Positions 50,235-62,423 of a DNA stretch of 64,000 bases are shown piece after piece; within the stretch, counting starts at the first letter, position 1, and every line of letters starts with the position of its first letter. Position numbers and translations under genes: made by a program. Below the pieces are notes generated by a model. It was given only the letters and a program-made list of their open reading frames with translations, searched no databases and was not told the origin of the DNA. The DNA is from Eledone cirrhosa. Its lineage: Eukaryota. The stretch is taken from assembly GCA_964016885.1 (NCBI GenBank), contig OZ024743.1, positions 152,706,001 through 152,770,000 of the forward strand, given 5' to 3'.

Positions 50235-52735
50235 CTTCTAACAGGACCTTCTGGAAGGCATGTTCAAGGACTCTGTTCACACGACCTTCCTAAACCACAA
50301 CTGATTACTCTCTTTTCAACTTTTCCCTCAGCACATCTCTTCTTTATTGTTCACATATATTAGCATTGCACATCCATCAGAGCATGCTCACTTCATTTCT
50401 CTTTAGCCTTTGCATATTCTCGTCAATCATTGCCCATGTCTCACTACTTTGCACACAGGCATCATTCACCCAATTTATCTTTCATGGAAAGAAACCTTTT
50501 GTTTTCAACACACGTAGTAGATCCCTGAACATTTTCCATCTTGTTCTTATCCTAGCTACTATGCTCTCAATGCAACCTCCTTCACTACTAATTAGATCAC
50601 CTAGATAGTAAAAGTTATCAACCACTTCTATGGATCTTTCCTGAGATATTAAAAACTATTTCACTGAGGCTCTTACACCTGCCACATACAAAGTCTACCT
50701 TTTCTCTAGTATTTCATGTATCTAAATAGTAACATTGTGTACATTGTATAGAGTTTCTTCCAACTCCTTTTCTACAGATCATGTACCTGATGGTATCAGG
50801 GTTTTATCGTCTTTCTTACTTAACAAATCTTAGACTCTAGGTTCTATTCCCAAAGCCAGAATTATTTCTCTAAATCTTCTACTGATTTGGCTATAGGATC
50901 CAGGTCATCAGTCTACAGAAGTTCCCACAGACAACCTGTCTTAAATACCTCTGTTATGGACTGGAAAATCCACATAATAAACTGGGGTAGGCTGAGGACT
51001 GAGCCCTGATGAAGATCTACTTGCACAATGAATTCCTAACCAAACTCATTACCTACTATCACCTTACTGTCAGCTCTGTATATGGCTTACACTACTCACA
51101 TAAGCCATTCTTTACACCTAGTTTCGTTAAGGACTGCCAGATAACAAATCATGTTACTTTGTTAAGAACGTCTTCAGATTAACAGTCGTTTGCACTTAGC
51201 TAGAAACCTCTCTTGTAGTCGTTACACTAAGAAGAGTATCTGTGGTGCTTCTCCCTGACACAAAACCAAACTGCATCTCATCTAATTTGGCTCTTTCCCT
51301 AATTAGTTGTATTAAACTCTCCATGTCACTTGGTCCATCAGATTTATACTGTAGTTGCTACTTTCTAATGCATTACTTTTTCCCTTGTAACATTTGATAA
51401 GTATACTACTACACCAGTCATTGGGTATGACTCCATCATGTACTACTTGACTGATGATGTGAGTAAATAGATTGACACCTACGTCCTCAGAAGATTTCAG
51501 CATCTCAGTAACTATCACTGACAGACCAGTGACTTTACCATTTTCAAACCCTTGATTGTTTCTCTGACCCTATAGCTGTTAATTTTGATAGCTGGTCCCT
51601 CTGTTGTGTCAGTTGCAGTCACCCCTCTTACTACCACTCATATTCCACATTTATAAACTTATTGTAATATTATTTCCAGGCCTGCTTCTTTTAAGTGTCA
51701 GGGATGCTAAGTGCACTAGTGTCATTTTGAACACACTATTACCCAACAATATACTGGTTTTCATGGATACACTGCTTAGCAATGAGGACACCTCATATCT
51801 CTAATCCCACATCATGTCACATGACATTGGCAAACCTCCTGCTTTCAGATTGTTTGCATGCTATCGTTATCTATCATCTAACTTCTCTTTTAACTACTTG
51901 GTACTAATCTTTGCTGTCCCTATGTTTTCAGTCCTTCCATGCTTGTCTCTTTTCTTTAACATCTCTATCCTCAGTGCTGTTACACCTTCAGGCCAGCCTT
52001 TGCATTCTGCTTCAAGGAACCACTTAGAATTCATAACCATCTGCATATCAAGTTTTCTAACAAGTAAAAAGACAATAAGGCTTTTGTGTCCAACAGATAG
52101 CTGACCAGTTTTCTGAAGTCAATTCTGCAATTCCTTCTGAAGTCAATGCTGCAGTTCATTCACATCACAGAATTCTAGGAATCTCATTCCCTCTTTATTT
52201 CTCACGACATAACTGTATTCACCATGTACTCCAGTGTAGCCATTCTAGTGCTGCCCAACACATCCATTTAGGATAATAAGGTCTCTGACATCTGTAGCTG
52301 AGTTTGTCTGTAGGAGTTCCTCACAGAAATTGTCATTTTGTTCTTTACTTAGTCCTGCTTGTGGTGCATAACTGGAGATAATTGTTGTATTCCTATTGCC
52401 AATGACAGAATAGAGAAGATGTTTTTCTGGAGGATGGTGAGAGAGACATGCTGGAAGAGCTTTTTATTCCGAGCTTTATAATTCCATCAATTACTCTAAC
52501 TACATCAATTACCTTAGCCACTTCTCAGCTAGATGAATGCCTATTCCTTTTAACCTATTTGTCATTTTCTATCCAGAAAAGCTTATATTTATGCTGTTTG
52601 CCTGAGAGTAGTCATCCTGAGACAGCTCTACATTGTGACTCTCCTTATATCTACTCTTGAGCATTTCCACAATTTCCCTGGATCTCCCTTTCAGCATGCC
52701 CACATGAAGAGTGGTAGCTCTAAAATGTGTTATCT
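50235..52735 (-). mobile_element. Degraded RTE LINE (APE endonuclease plus RT)
   Basis: ISSYAPQAGL, IPNDWCSSILIKCYKGK, HQGSVLSLP. Confidence 0.82.
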
Positions 52736-53510
52736 GACAGTGGTAGTTTGATTATCATATCAAAGGATGATGAAACTACTACCACTGCCAGGTAACACAT
52801 TTAGCCACCCGACTACCATATGCAGCAATAACATGACTTGTGTTAATACTGTATAAAATGAATTTATAGCAAGAGGCTGGAGTTGGCTCTGTATATGAGA
52901 CATAAATATATGTTTATACATAATATATTGGAATATAAATAATATAAATAAATATTTCTAACATAACAAAGCACAACATCATGCACAATAATTTGAGTTA
53001 CTTGCATATTCATGAAATTGAATCTCCATTGAGTCTGACAATTTTGAATTATAAATTTAAGAATTTGTGATAAGGATTCATTTTGTCATCTACATGTGTT
53101 TACCAATTGACTGAAATTGATCTATTTTGAGGATGAAATCATATTGGTCCATGATGATATATATCTTGTGTCACAAAGAATATACTAACACCATCATCAT
53201 CATTATCGTTTTTACATTTGTTGTGACATGGTTTGGATGTGAATTTTTGAGGCAGCAAGATACTCTTTCTGATATCACCTACTTTTGTTGCTTATTGTGA
53301 TATGCAAAGATATATATGTGCATGTATATATAGGTTTTTCTGATGGCGATGGTAAACTGAAAAAGTATTTCGAGACTAGACATAGGCAGTAACATAACAA
53401 CTACCATGCTAGTTGATCATCGATCTTCCACGATCATTCAGCCCACTGAAACAATTGTTAAACAATGAACTAATTAACTACTTATCATTGACTTTTGTTT
53501 TATTTTCCAA

Positions 53511-53546
<36 letters not shown>

Positions 53547-53547
<1 letters not shown>

Positions 53548-53743
53548 GGAACAGAGTCAGGATCCTGATGGGTGAGCTCCAGCTGTTTTGACAGCAAGAT
53601 TAAAACAGTCGAAACGGCCGGAGCTCAGCTGTCGGTGTCCTGACTCTTTTCCTATTACCCACTCTACTAACCTAAGTATCGAGTACTCTGGTACATTATG
53701 GTCCACCTGGTTTCTTACCACACTTTCTTTGCTCTCTCTCTCT

Positions 53744-53745
<2 letters not shown>
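53547..53745 (+). repeat. Fold-back pLTR fragment containing a hammerhead 3' half
   Basis: Arms ~53547-53592 and ~53608-53654; GAAA-cggc..gctg-TC; tail with ACTC..GAGTACTCT. Confidence 0.75.
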
Positions 53746-53785
<40 letters not shown>

Positions 53786-53914
53786 TTAATATAGATGAGA
53801 TTCTACAGGACTAGAACTGTTTCATTCATTAGAAATCATATATTAAAACTGTTATACTCTGCTATGTATTGAGTACCTTACTTACTGTGGTTACCTCCGA
53901 TTCAACCCGGAATA

Positions 53915-53958
<44 letters not shown>

Positions 53959-54110
53959 AGTTGCCCGTATAGACAAGTAAGAAAATGTTCAGTTAAGTAA
54001 TTGACAATTGGGAAAGTAGAGTGTATCTCTAGAGAAAAGTGCCAGATGGTTAATCCCATGCCGTTTCAATGGAGAATGGATAAATTAATTATTTGTTCAT
54101 TCTCCTCCTC

Positions 54111-54780
54111 CTAGTTGGGTGTGCATGTGTGCATGTGTGCAGCTTGGCTGTATGGTGCCTAGGTGTTCTTTTTGGTGTCAGTGTTTATGTGTGCCAGCAT
54201 GTAAGATCCAGCTTTCTGGGAAGCATGATGATTGTGCCCTTCTTCAACTCAAGCTTGGCAGCCTACAGGATGGTTCCAGACTGTTGAGAAATTGTAATGC
54301 TTTGGGGGGCAAGGATTGCTCTTTTCCACAGTCACACCGTGTTGGAATGGCAGATTTTGGGGAACATTCCACAATAGTAGAATATAATGAAGCATCAAAT
54401 CATCCTTCCCTATCAAAGGATTGCTTTTCTATAAATTTAAATGGCTGAAAGGTGCTTATCTGTAACTCCGAGGGACCCCTTCACTCCCAGCCTCTGCTTG
54501 GTGAGTGAGTCGGATGTCAGATTAGTCGAAAACAAATGAAAAAACCTAGAAAAGAAAACAAATTCTCCTAGAAGAAATCTCCCAGTCTGGGAAAATTGGA
54601 GGGTTAACCCCTTGCCCATCTCTCTACTGCTGATATATCACCTGTGTTGGAATTTGGACACTTTGTCAGACATATTTCATTTCTGTAGTGCAAAATGTGG
54701 TAGCATCAGAACCATTGTTGATGTACTTGCACCATACTTTATAGGTTCCCACCTCACTCCATTTCGTTTTCAGAAAATAG
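54111..54780 (-). mobile_element. Helitron Rep/helicase remnant
   Basis: CKYINNGSD, YISSRE..LQFS and KLELKKGTIIML resemble Helitron KYINKGSD, RYISS.EA.WRI and LKVGAPIMLLRN; CTAG at 54111-54114. Confidence 0.7.
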
Positions 54781-54910
54781 GGAGATTGCAAGCATTGATG
54801 GTCACATTAGTTGAAAACACATGAAAACCCTTAATTATTATCAATTTTGTTTAGTGTTATTAGCGGTCAACTTACAAACAAGGAAACATCCTTTTTATAA
54901 GGAAATATAG

Positions 54911-54960
<50 letters not shown>

Positions 54961-54963
<3 letters not shown>

Positions 54964-55180
54964 TTAAAATAGCAGATTAAAGTTTACGCAAAGAATCGCT
55001 GCTTTCACCCTTAATGGGATCCCCTTAGGAAGATCCTGTTAAGGGTGAAAGCAGCGATTCTTTGCTTAAATTTTAATCTGTTATTTTAATAAATATTTGC
55101 TCTATGGTTCTTATATATTTGATATATATTTATCCTTATCGAGCCCACTTTGGATTTTAGTCTTCACATTTAATATTATT
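54961..55180 (+). repeat. Palindromic pLTR-like module (inverted body, body, tail)
   Basis: 54961-55022 inverted against 55030-55090; related pieces at 6205-6270, 6980-7030 and 59225-59350. Confidence 0.85.
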
Positions 55181-55184
55181 ACTA

Positions 55185-55222
55185 CTAGCAGAAAAACCAC
55201 CCTTCGGGTGGTTTTCTGCTAG
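55185..55222. other. Near-perfect palindrome with CTAG at both ends (Helitron-like terminus)
   Basis: CTAGCAGAAAA(A)CCACCC-TTC-GGGTGGTTTTCTGCTAG. Confidence 0.7.
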
Positions 55223-55599
55223 CATGTGCAGCATGCATATTCAACCATTCCTTTCAAAGGGTCATGACCTCAACTAAAGTGAGTTATTTTTCATCATATG
55301 GAAAAAAACAATTTGATTGGTTTGTTATTCAACTACCTCCAAATAAGGTCATAGAACTCAATTTACTACTGATTTTGAATAAAATTCTCATTGCTTTTGA
55401 CAACGGCTGATGATATACATGTAAGTAAATATATTCCTTATCTGATATTTTGTAACTAACGCTACATAGATCGATAACGAAATATGTGTACGATGTATTA
55501 TTATCATCTAGAAACGATCGAAAAGCAGTGAAATATATTTCTAATGACTTGAATTTTTATTTCATTGTTTTAACTTATATATATATATATATATATATT

Positions 55600-55960
55600 T
55601 AGATTTTGGGGTTCACCACTGGATAGAACTGGTCATTTCGTATAGCCAATCAACCTTGATGGGAGAGCACACGACCTAATGCAACTCACCCGTCTTCGTT
55701 TGTGTTGTTGGTGGTGCGGGTACGGAGTTAATTATTATAAAATAACAGGAGGCTGGACTGGTATAATTCCTTAAAGGTTTATTATACTATAAACATTTCA
55801 ATGACCGGGTTCAGTATGAATCCGGTGACATCATCAGGTATTCGAAATTTAACAAAGGAATATAATAGACACAATCCATGGGGCTGAAACAGTAGAGAGA
55901 CAAGAAGGCGGCCAAACATTTAGTAGTTTCTAGTCCGGTCGGCCGCCTTCAAATGAGGAC
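55600..55960 (-). mobile_element. PLE pLTR, contiguous body plus tail
   Basis: Homologous to 6488-6838; abuts (TA)n. Confidence 0.8.
55784..55841 (-). ncRNA. Type I hammerhead ribozyme motif
   Basis: atac-CTGATGA-[stem II]-GAAA-tgttta-TA-gtat. Confidence 0.75.
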
Positions 55961-56259
55961 TACTAAGTCTTGTTTTGTCTTTCTGGTGAAGGGGCGTAAG
56001 CTGATAGTGTACTACTACCACCCCGTCATGGACAGAGGCTAGCGGTGGGATCAGGTTACATTGAAGTTGGTCAGAAGTGCTAAAAAGTGCTAAGAAATTT
56101 ATTTTTTTAAAAAAACAAAGCTATATATAGTGGGCGCCTGTACAGTATATTTTTCATTGTAGGGTCAGAAATTACGATTAACGATTAGAAAAGTAAAATT
56201 TATGTTTAGAATTAAAAGATGTCATTTAAGATGAGATTTAGGTTTAAAGTTGGGAGATT

Positions 56260-58380
56260 TAGTTAAAGAATTTCTTAGATGTAACACTCAACCTAAACAC
56301 AGGATTAATAGAGCCCTTCCATAAGAATAACGAGAATCTAGCCTACATTAGTTATAACTCAAACCACCCCCGATCCATAATTAACTCCATAGCACATAGT
56401 ATATCCCTCAGAATATCCCGACTCTCTTCGAACCTAAACATTTTTAACGAACACGCAAACTATTATAACATAGCTTTACATAAGGCTGGACATAAGGAGA
56501 AGCTGGAATACATACTAGATAGAGACAACAGCAACAAACCTAACAACAAAAACACTACCCGCTCATATAGAAATAACAAGCATAGGACTAAGCATAGAAT
56601 TAGACAACGAGCACCAAAAATAACTGAACCGGACACTAATAAAAGGATCCCCAAAACTATAGAAGATCCAGAGATAGAAAGTACCTATGGTTCAATCCAA
56701 TATCCAACTCCTCTACAAAAACTAAACTACCTTCTACATTCTTTAAACTAATAGATAAGCACTTCCCTACACTACACAAATACCATAGAATCTTTAATAG
56801 AAAAACTATAAATCTACCCTACTCTACTGCAGCCAACATAGAATCACACATACATAAAATCAACCACAAAAATATCTCTAAAGAAATTAACCTACCAACA
56901 TACACCATAGCACCAAATACAAAACGTAAACACATAACAACATCACAACCACAAACGCATCAGAACGCATCACAACAAAACACTAATAGGCCTAAATCAC
57001 AATCCACCCACAACAACTTACAAAACCGCAACGGTGAACTTGGACACAGAAAAACCTCAAATTGTAATTGCCACCTACCGGATAAGTCCCACTACAGAAT
57101 AGATGCATGGATTCGAGTATGGTATACCTGTGTACTGTAGATTCAGGCAACTCTAGTTGGCACTACACAGGTTCCACGGCTGGGAAGTTCAAGAAAAAGT
57201 GGTACGTCCACAGACACTCCATGAAGAACCGTAGATTGGAGAACTGTACGACGCTCGCCAATAAAATCTGGCAGCTTAAAAACAAAAACCTACAGCAACG
57301 GAATGTCCCACTGCGGACTTTGTAATTTAGAACTACTCCATATTTTAAGGTACGATGCGATGCTGCTTAACAGCAAAATAGAAAGATAATTTTCTGTAGG
57401 CATAAAATAACTACCAGATTCACAAACTTCAAACCACCATGATTTGAACCAGCAATCCCAAAATTAGAACTGAACCACCTAGATTTTAGCATATAGAATA
57501 CACACCATCGCACTGCTATTAGCTGTCAAACAGCCAACTGGACACTGGATCATAAATCTCTGAACATCTCTTTCACCCTCTCTCCATGAAACAGCATCAA
57601 CCCCATTAAGATAGAACAATCAGCAAAACATTTATAACAAACGTTTATCAAACGTCCCTTCACCCCGAGCCCGTAAATCTCATACATGTATCCCCCAATT
57701 AATCTATAATTTATTGCCTTTTCTTTTTTCTTTTATCTGTCACTACATCAGACCCTCTACACGTATCTATGTATATCTCGAATCTGGTTTTTTCATGTTA
57801 GCACTAAACCCACCAAGGAATCCTTATAAGAACACTTACTCACCACCACCACAAACATACTCTGTACTTACATGCTCTCACTTATCCTTATTTATTTCTT
57901 TATATTTTCCATTTTCTTACTTTTTTAATGTATCCTATCTTATCTTTTACTTTTTACTTTTTACATCTGTAACTTCTCTACCTATTTACCATATATGTTT
58001 CATTATTGATGTTATTGTTTTGATTATACGCTATTCTTCTATATATGTCTTGCCTCGAGTGAATTATTTTTATATCTACGTACTCTGATATGTTGATCAG
58101 AGGTAAACAAATGTATTGGAGAGTGAGTGACGCAACTTCAAGCGATTAGTGACCTCTAGACTCACCTGATCAACGAAACAATTGTTAGTACTTGAAATAA
58201 AGCCCCTTATTGTACAGCCAACGTTGTTACTCTTCATTCTTTCACTATTATTACTCCAAGTATAACCTGCATAGCAATTACCGCGAACTCGCTGCATAAC
58301 TATGGAATCATCTTGTTGAGTCAAACAAAGCCGTACGTTGAAACTATCCACGACGCAGAGTACTCACAACCTCTAGCTGG
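56260..58380 (+). mobile_element. 5'-truncated PLE (RT C-terminus, GIY-YIG, 3' pLTR); Naiad-like, tentative
   Basis: FLDVTLNL..SNHP..RISRLSS, LWFNP..LIDKHFP..IFNR, YTGST..FKKKWYVH, CGLC, CRH. Confidence 0.9.
58080..58191 (+). ncRNA. Hammerhead-like motif with extended stem II and variant core
   Basis: gtact-CTGATAT-gttgatcag...ctgatcaac-GAAA-caattg-TT-agtac. Confidence 0.65.
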
Positions 58381-59386
58381 AATATATATATATATATATA
58401 AGTATGTACACGTACATACATATATGTATACAGACGTACAGTAGTATGTATATATATATATACATACATGCACACATATATATATGTACGTATGGATTCA
58501 CCGAACATTTATTATAATGCTCGGTGTGTTTGTAAACAAACATCCCATATTAAGCCGTAGTGTCTAGCAACCATCGTTGCTCGTTTGTTCAACACTGACA
58601 AAGGAACGCTGTACTAGTTTCAAGCTTATTAGCTATCGTCAGCAACGTATACCTTCCTGCCAGATTGTTGAACGTATATACTTACCTTATGCATATTAAC
58701 GGCTGAGTAGCCCAATTTGCATATCGAGTGGGTTAATCGGCCGGGTGCATTTCAAAAACAAATATCATCATGGGATGATATTTGCGTTCTCATCAGATAA
58801 AATAGGGAGACATGATATGAAGCTTAAAAAACACTTTCCAGCAGTGAAGCGTCAAATCAACATATGGAAAATAGAATTAGAGGGATATATGAGATTGGAA
58901 AAAAGGAAAGGAAGGGGGAAAGAAAAGGTATGGAAGAGGAAGAAAAAATATAGATAGAAGAAAAAAAAAATAATAAGGAAAGGATGTCGGAGGAGAATAA
59001 GAAGGAAGGATGAGAGAGGAGGAGAAAATGAGTGAGAGAGAGAGATAACCTTTAATACTGAAAAACACTGTCTCACAGAAAAATAAAAAAAAACCGTTGT
59101 AAGAACCATCTTTTGATTTTATATTATTTATACTCCAGTCCTATAAACTGTTGAGTGCTACTTATCCGATATTTGCATTGCTTTATTGTGCTACAATAAA
59201 ACTAACCTCATACATATATATATATATTAAAATAACAGATTAAAGTTTAAGCAAATAATCATTGCTTTCACCCTAAATGGGTTCTTATATATTTGATATA
59301 TATTTACCCTTATTGAGCCCTTTTTGGATTTTAGTCTTCACATTTATTATTATTACTATATATATATATATTTAGTTAGTTAGTTA

Positions 59387-59931
59387 GTTCCACAATAAAT
59401 TAGCAAACCATACTCGAGGATGTGAATTTCATCGGACGGATTTTCAACCTGTGTATGGCTGCGGTGAGAAGGGAAGTAAATCTGAGCTGACTGGATTCTG
59501 CGCAGCAGATGTCGGTAGTTTGGTGAGAAGGGAGACAACTCTAATAAGACCGTTGGGGAGACAATTTTCGTTTGAGTTAGTTCATTCAGTGTTAAACTTT
59601 TTGTTATCTTGGATACTTCCAGTTGTGTAACAGATACTTCGCAGATTGGGGGCAGCAGTTAAAAGAACGTCTCTTGTATTAAGGCAAGTTCTATGATGTA
59701 ACCTCTGCAAGATATTCACACTTTCATCAATACATAGCTTACAGGAAAAGGAGCATAAATCCAGTCAGCTCATATATACTCCATTTTCACGTCAGCCATA
59801 CACAGGTGGATTATTCGTCTGGTGAAATGCGCATCCTTGAGTATGGTTTGCTAATTTGTTGTGCAACTGACTCAACTCAACTTTTGGACTGAGTGCTCTA
59901 CCTACTACGAATACAAGCTCCTGTTATTTAC

Positions 59932-59935
<4 letters not shown>
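59387..59935 (+). repeat. Inverted-repeat module (~110-bp arms) with tail, in (TA)n
   Basis: 59387-59497 vs 59758-59872; tail ACTC..TGAGTGCTCT. Confidence 0.8.
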
Positions 59936-59982
<47 letters not shown>

Positions 59983-59984
<2 letters not shown>

Positions 59985-61948
59985 ATCATCCCACAAGATG
60001 ACGGCCTCAACGTTCTCTGACACCTTTTAGACTTATGCCCTACCCATTACCCCAGCACTATCATTCTTCTCCATCTGGCTGAGCTTGTTTTGACCCTCAA
60101 TGGGTTTCCCTTTTCTGGTGAGTTCTATCAGCAGGTCTCTGGGGTAGCGATGGGAACCAGGATGGGCCCAAACTATACCAAATTGTTGGCTACGTCGAAA
60201 CTCAGATCTTCTCCTAGTATGCTGGACCTACTCCTGAGCTATACAGTCATTATATCGACGACTGTATCGGCGCCACCTTTCTATCACATGAAAAACTAGA
60301 CCACTTTCTATCTTTTGCTCAATCATTTCATCCCACTCTCACCTTCACCACCTCTGTCTCTAATTCTTCTGTCCCTTTTCTTTATATCTCTCACTCTCTA
60401 TCGATCACACTCACCACACACTCTCTACTTCCAACTTCTATAAACCTACTGACACCCACTCTTAAATTGACTTCACCTCCTCTCATCCAACCCACACCAA
60501 ACTCTCCATACCCTACTAACAATTCCTCCATCTTCGTCAGCTCTGTAGCCAGGACCTTCACATTCCCTTCACATGGCCGACTGCTTCACCCAGCATGGAT
60601 ATCCCCCACCCTGATCCAAGCTGCTCTCACCCGCACCCGTGAAACCAACTGTACCACAGCCCTCTCACATCACTAGCGCCCTCTCAACACCCGCCTTCCT
60701 TTCCTACTCACCTACCACCCCATCACTCTACCTCTCCGGCTACATATTCTCCATTCCTTCCGCACCCTCTCTTCTGACCCCGTCACTTCTCGCTTTTTTC
60801 CTAATCCATCTATCACCGCATCTAAGAGCGCTCTAACCTCTGTGACCGCCTGGTATGCGGTTCCTTCTTATCTTCTCCTACGACTCTACCCGGTTCTCAT
60901 CCTTGTTCTCATCCCTGCTGTAACACTTGTCCTTTTATTTCCAACCTCACCACTGTCACAGGCCCCAATGGTTCATTCCATACCAACCACTCCTCCACGT
61001 TCTCTATGCCCTCCGGAGTTCCCTTTGCAGGTCCTTATACATCGGTCAAACAGGGCGTGGTTTGGCGGACCGTTTTGCTGAATATTTGAGGGACATGCAT
61101 CTTGGTATGGATACTCCCATCGCCCGTCATTTCCATTCCCCAGGTCACTATTCCCTTCATGACTCAGTCATGGGTGTTCTTTTACATCACGGATCACAGG
61201 CCTCATACTCCAGTACTGAACAGAGTCTGATTTACTGCCTTGGGTCCTGTTTCTCTCATGAACTTAACTCTCCTCCCCAATTTCTTGAATATTACACATA
61301 TATGTTCATGCTTACTTCTCTACCCCCCCCCTGTCACGTTTACCCCGTGTGTTATAACACACGCTTGTACAGTTCCCACTAGATTCCTATGGCTCTCTTC
61401 TGGTCAGAAACTTATACTCTTACAGCTGATACAGACCAACAAATACACACATACACCTCTACGTTTTCCTTCACAGCTCTGTATACACACACACTCTCTT
61501 ATATTAACATACTTTTGCTCACAGCTTCGTACTTACAAGCGCGCACACACACACTTATACTTACATATACACACACATAGCCTCTTAGCTTCGTACGGAT
61601 GTATAATAATACACACACACATGTACACATGTATAGCTCTTTATACAAAACGTTTTTTTATTCCATTTCAGGTAGACATGCTCCATCATCCACTTTTCTA
61701 AAAAAAATATACACAAAATGCCAGCATCAACAGTTTTCCAAGAAATGGCTACATGAATGGGCCTGTTATTTTATCTAAAAAATTTTTTCAGTTTCCGCCC
61801 TGCTGTCCCTTCAATCTTTCTAATTTCTCATTTTTTCTCCTGATGAAGGACTAACGTCCAAAACGTTAAGACCCTCTTCCTGCTGTTTCATGTGTTAACC
61901 TAATATATTCCTTCCATATACCGTACCTATTGTGTTGTTGTTTCTGTT

Positions 61949-61953
<5 letters not shown>
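59983..61953 (+). mobile_element. PLE (Neptune-like) RT plus GIY-YIG remnant with 3' pLTR
   Basis: YQQVSGVAMGTRMGPNY, YIDDCIG, YKPTD, SSHP, LYIGQTGRGLADRFAE; (TA)n at both ends. Confidence 0.92.
61836..61872 (+). ncRNA. Minimal hammerhead, probably inactivated
   Basis: CTGATGA-aggac-taac-gtcc-AAAA-cgtTA; GAAA changed to AAAA at a former CpG. Confidence 0.65.
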
Positions 61954-62006
<53 letters not shown>

Positions 62007-62037
62007 GAAATTAAAAGATGGTTAAAAAAGTTCCATA

Positions 62038-62107
62038 TATTTTATTATGCACATTTCGAAAACAACATCATCCTGTGACAAAAAATGTGTTCTCATCAGA
62101 TAAAATA
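62038..62107 (-). ncRNA. Type I hammerhead ribozyme motif
   Basis: Inverted copy of 62203-62272 with intact core. Confidence 0.85.
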
Positions 62108-62202
62108 AGATAACATGATATGAGGCCTAAAAACAATTGTGAACAAGAAAGTGTCCATTCAATATGTAGACACATGTTTTTAGGCCACATATCATGTTAC
62201 CT

Positions 62203-62272
62203 TATTTTATCTGATGAGAACACATTTTTTGTCCCAGGATGATGTTGTTTTCGAAATGTGCATAATAAAATA
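62203..62272 (+). ncRNA. Type I hammerhead ribozyme motif
   Basis: tattttat-CTGATGA-gaacacat..atgttgttttc-GAAA-tgtgca-TA-ataaaata (8-bp stem I). Confidence 0.88.
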
Positions 62273-62423
62273 TATGGAACTTTTTTAACCATCTTTTAAT
62301 TTCTTCTTTATATATACTCCAGTTCTACCAACTGTTGAGTGCTACTTATCTGATATATGCATAGTTTTATTGTTCTACAATATTACTCACCTCCTACATT
62401 ATATATATATATATATATAAGTC

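Larger units (their letters stand above)
62003..62400 (+). mobile_element. Palindromic non-coding pLTR module with two back-to-back hammerheads
   Basis: Arms 62003-62133 and 62177-62307, tail 62308-62400, (TA)n on both sides. Confidence 0.88.
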
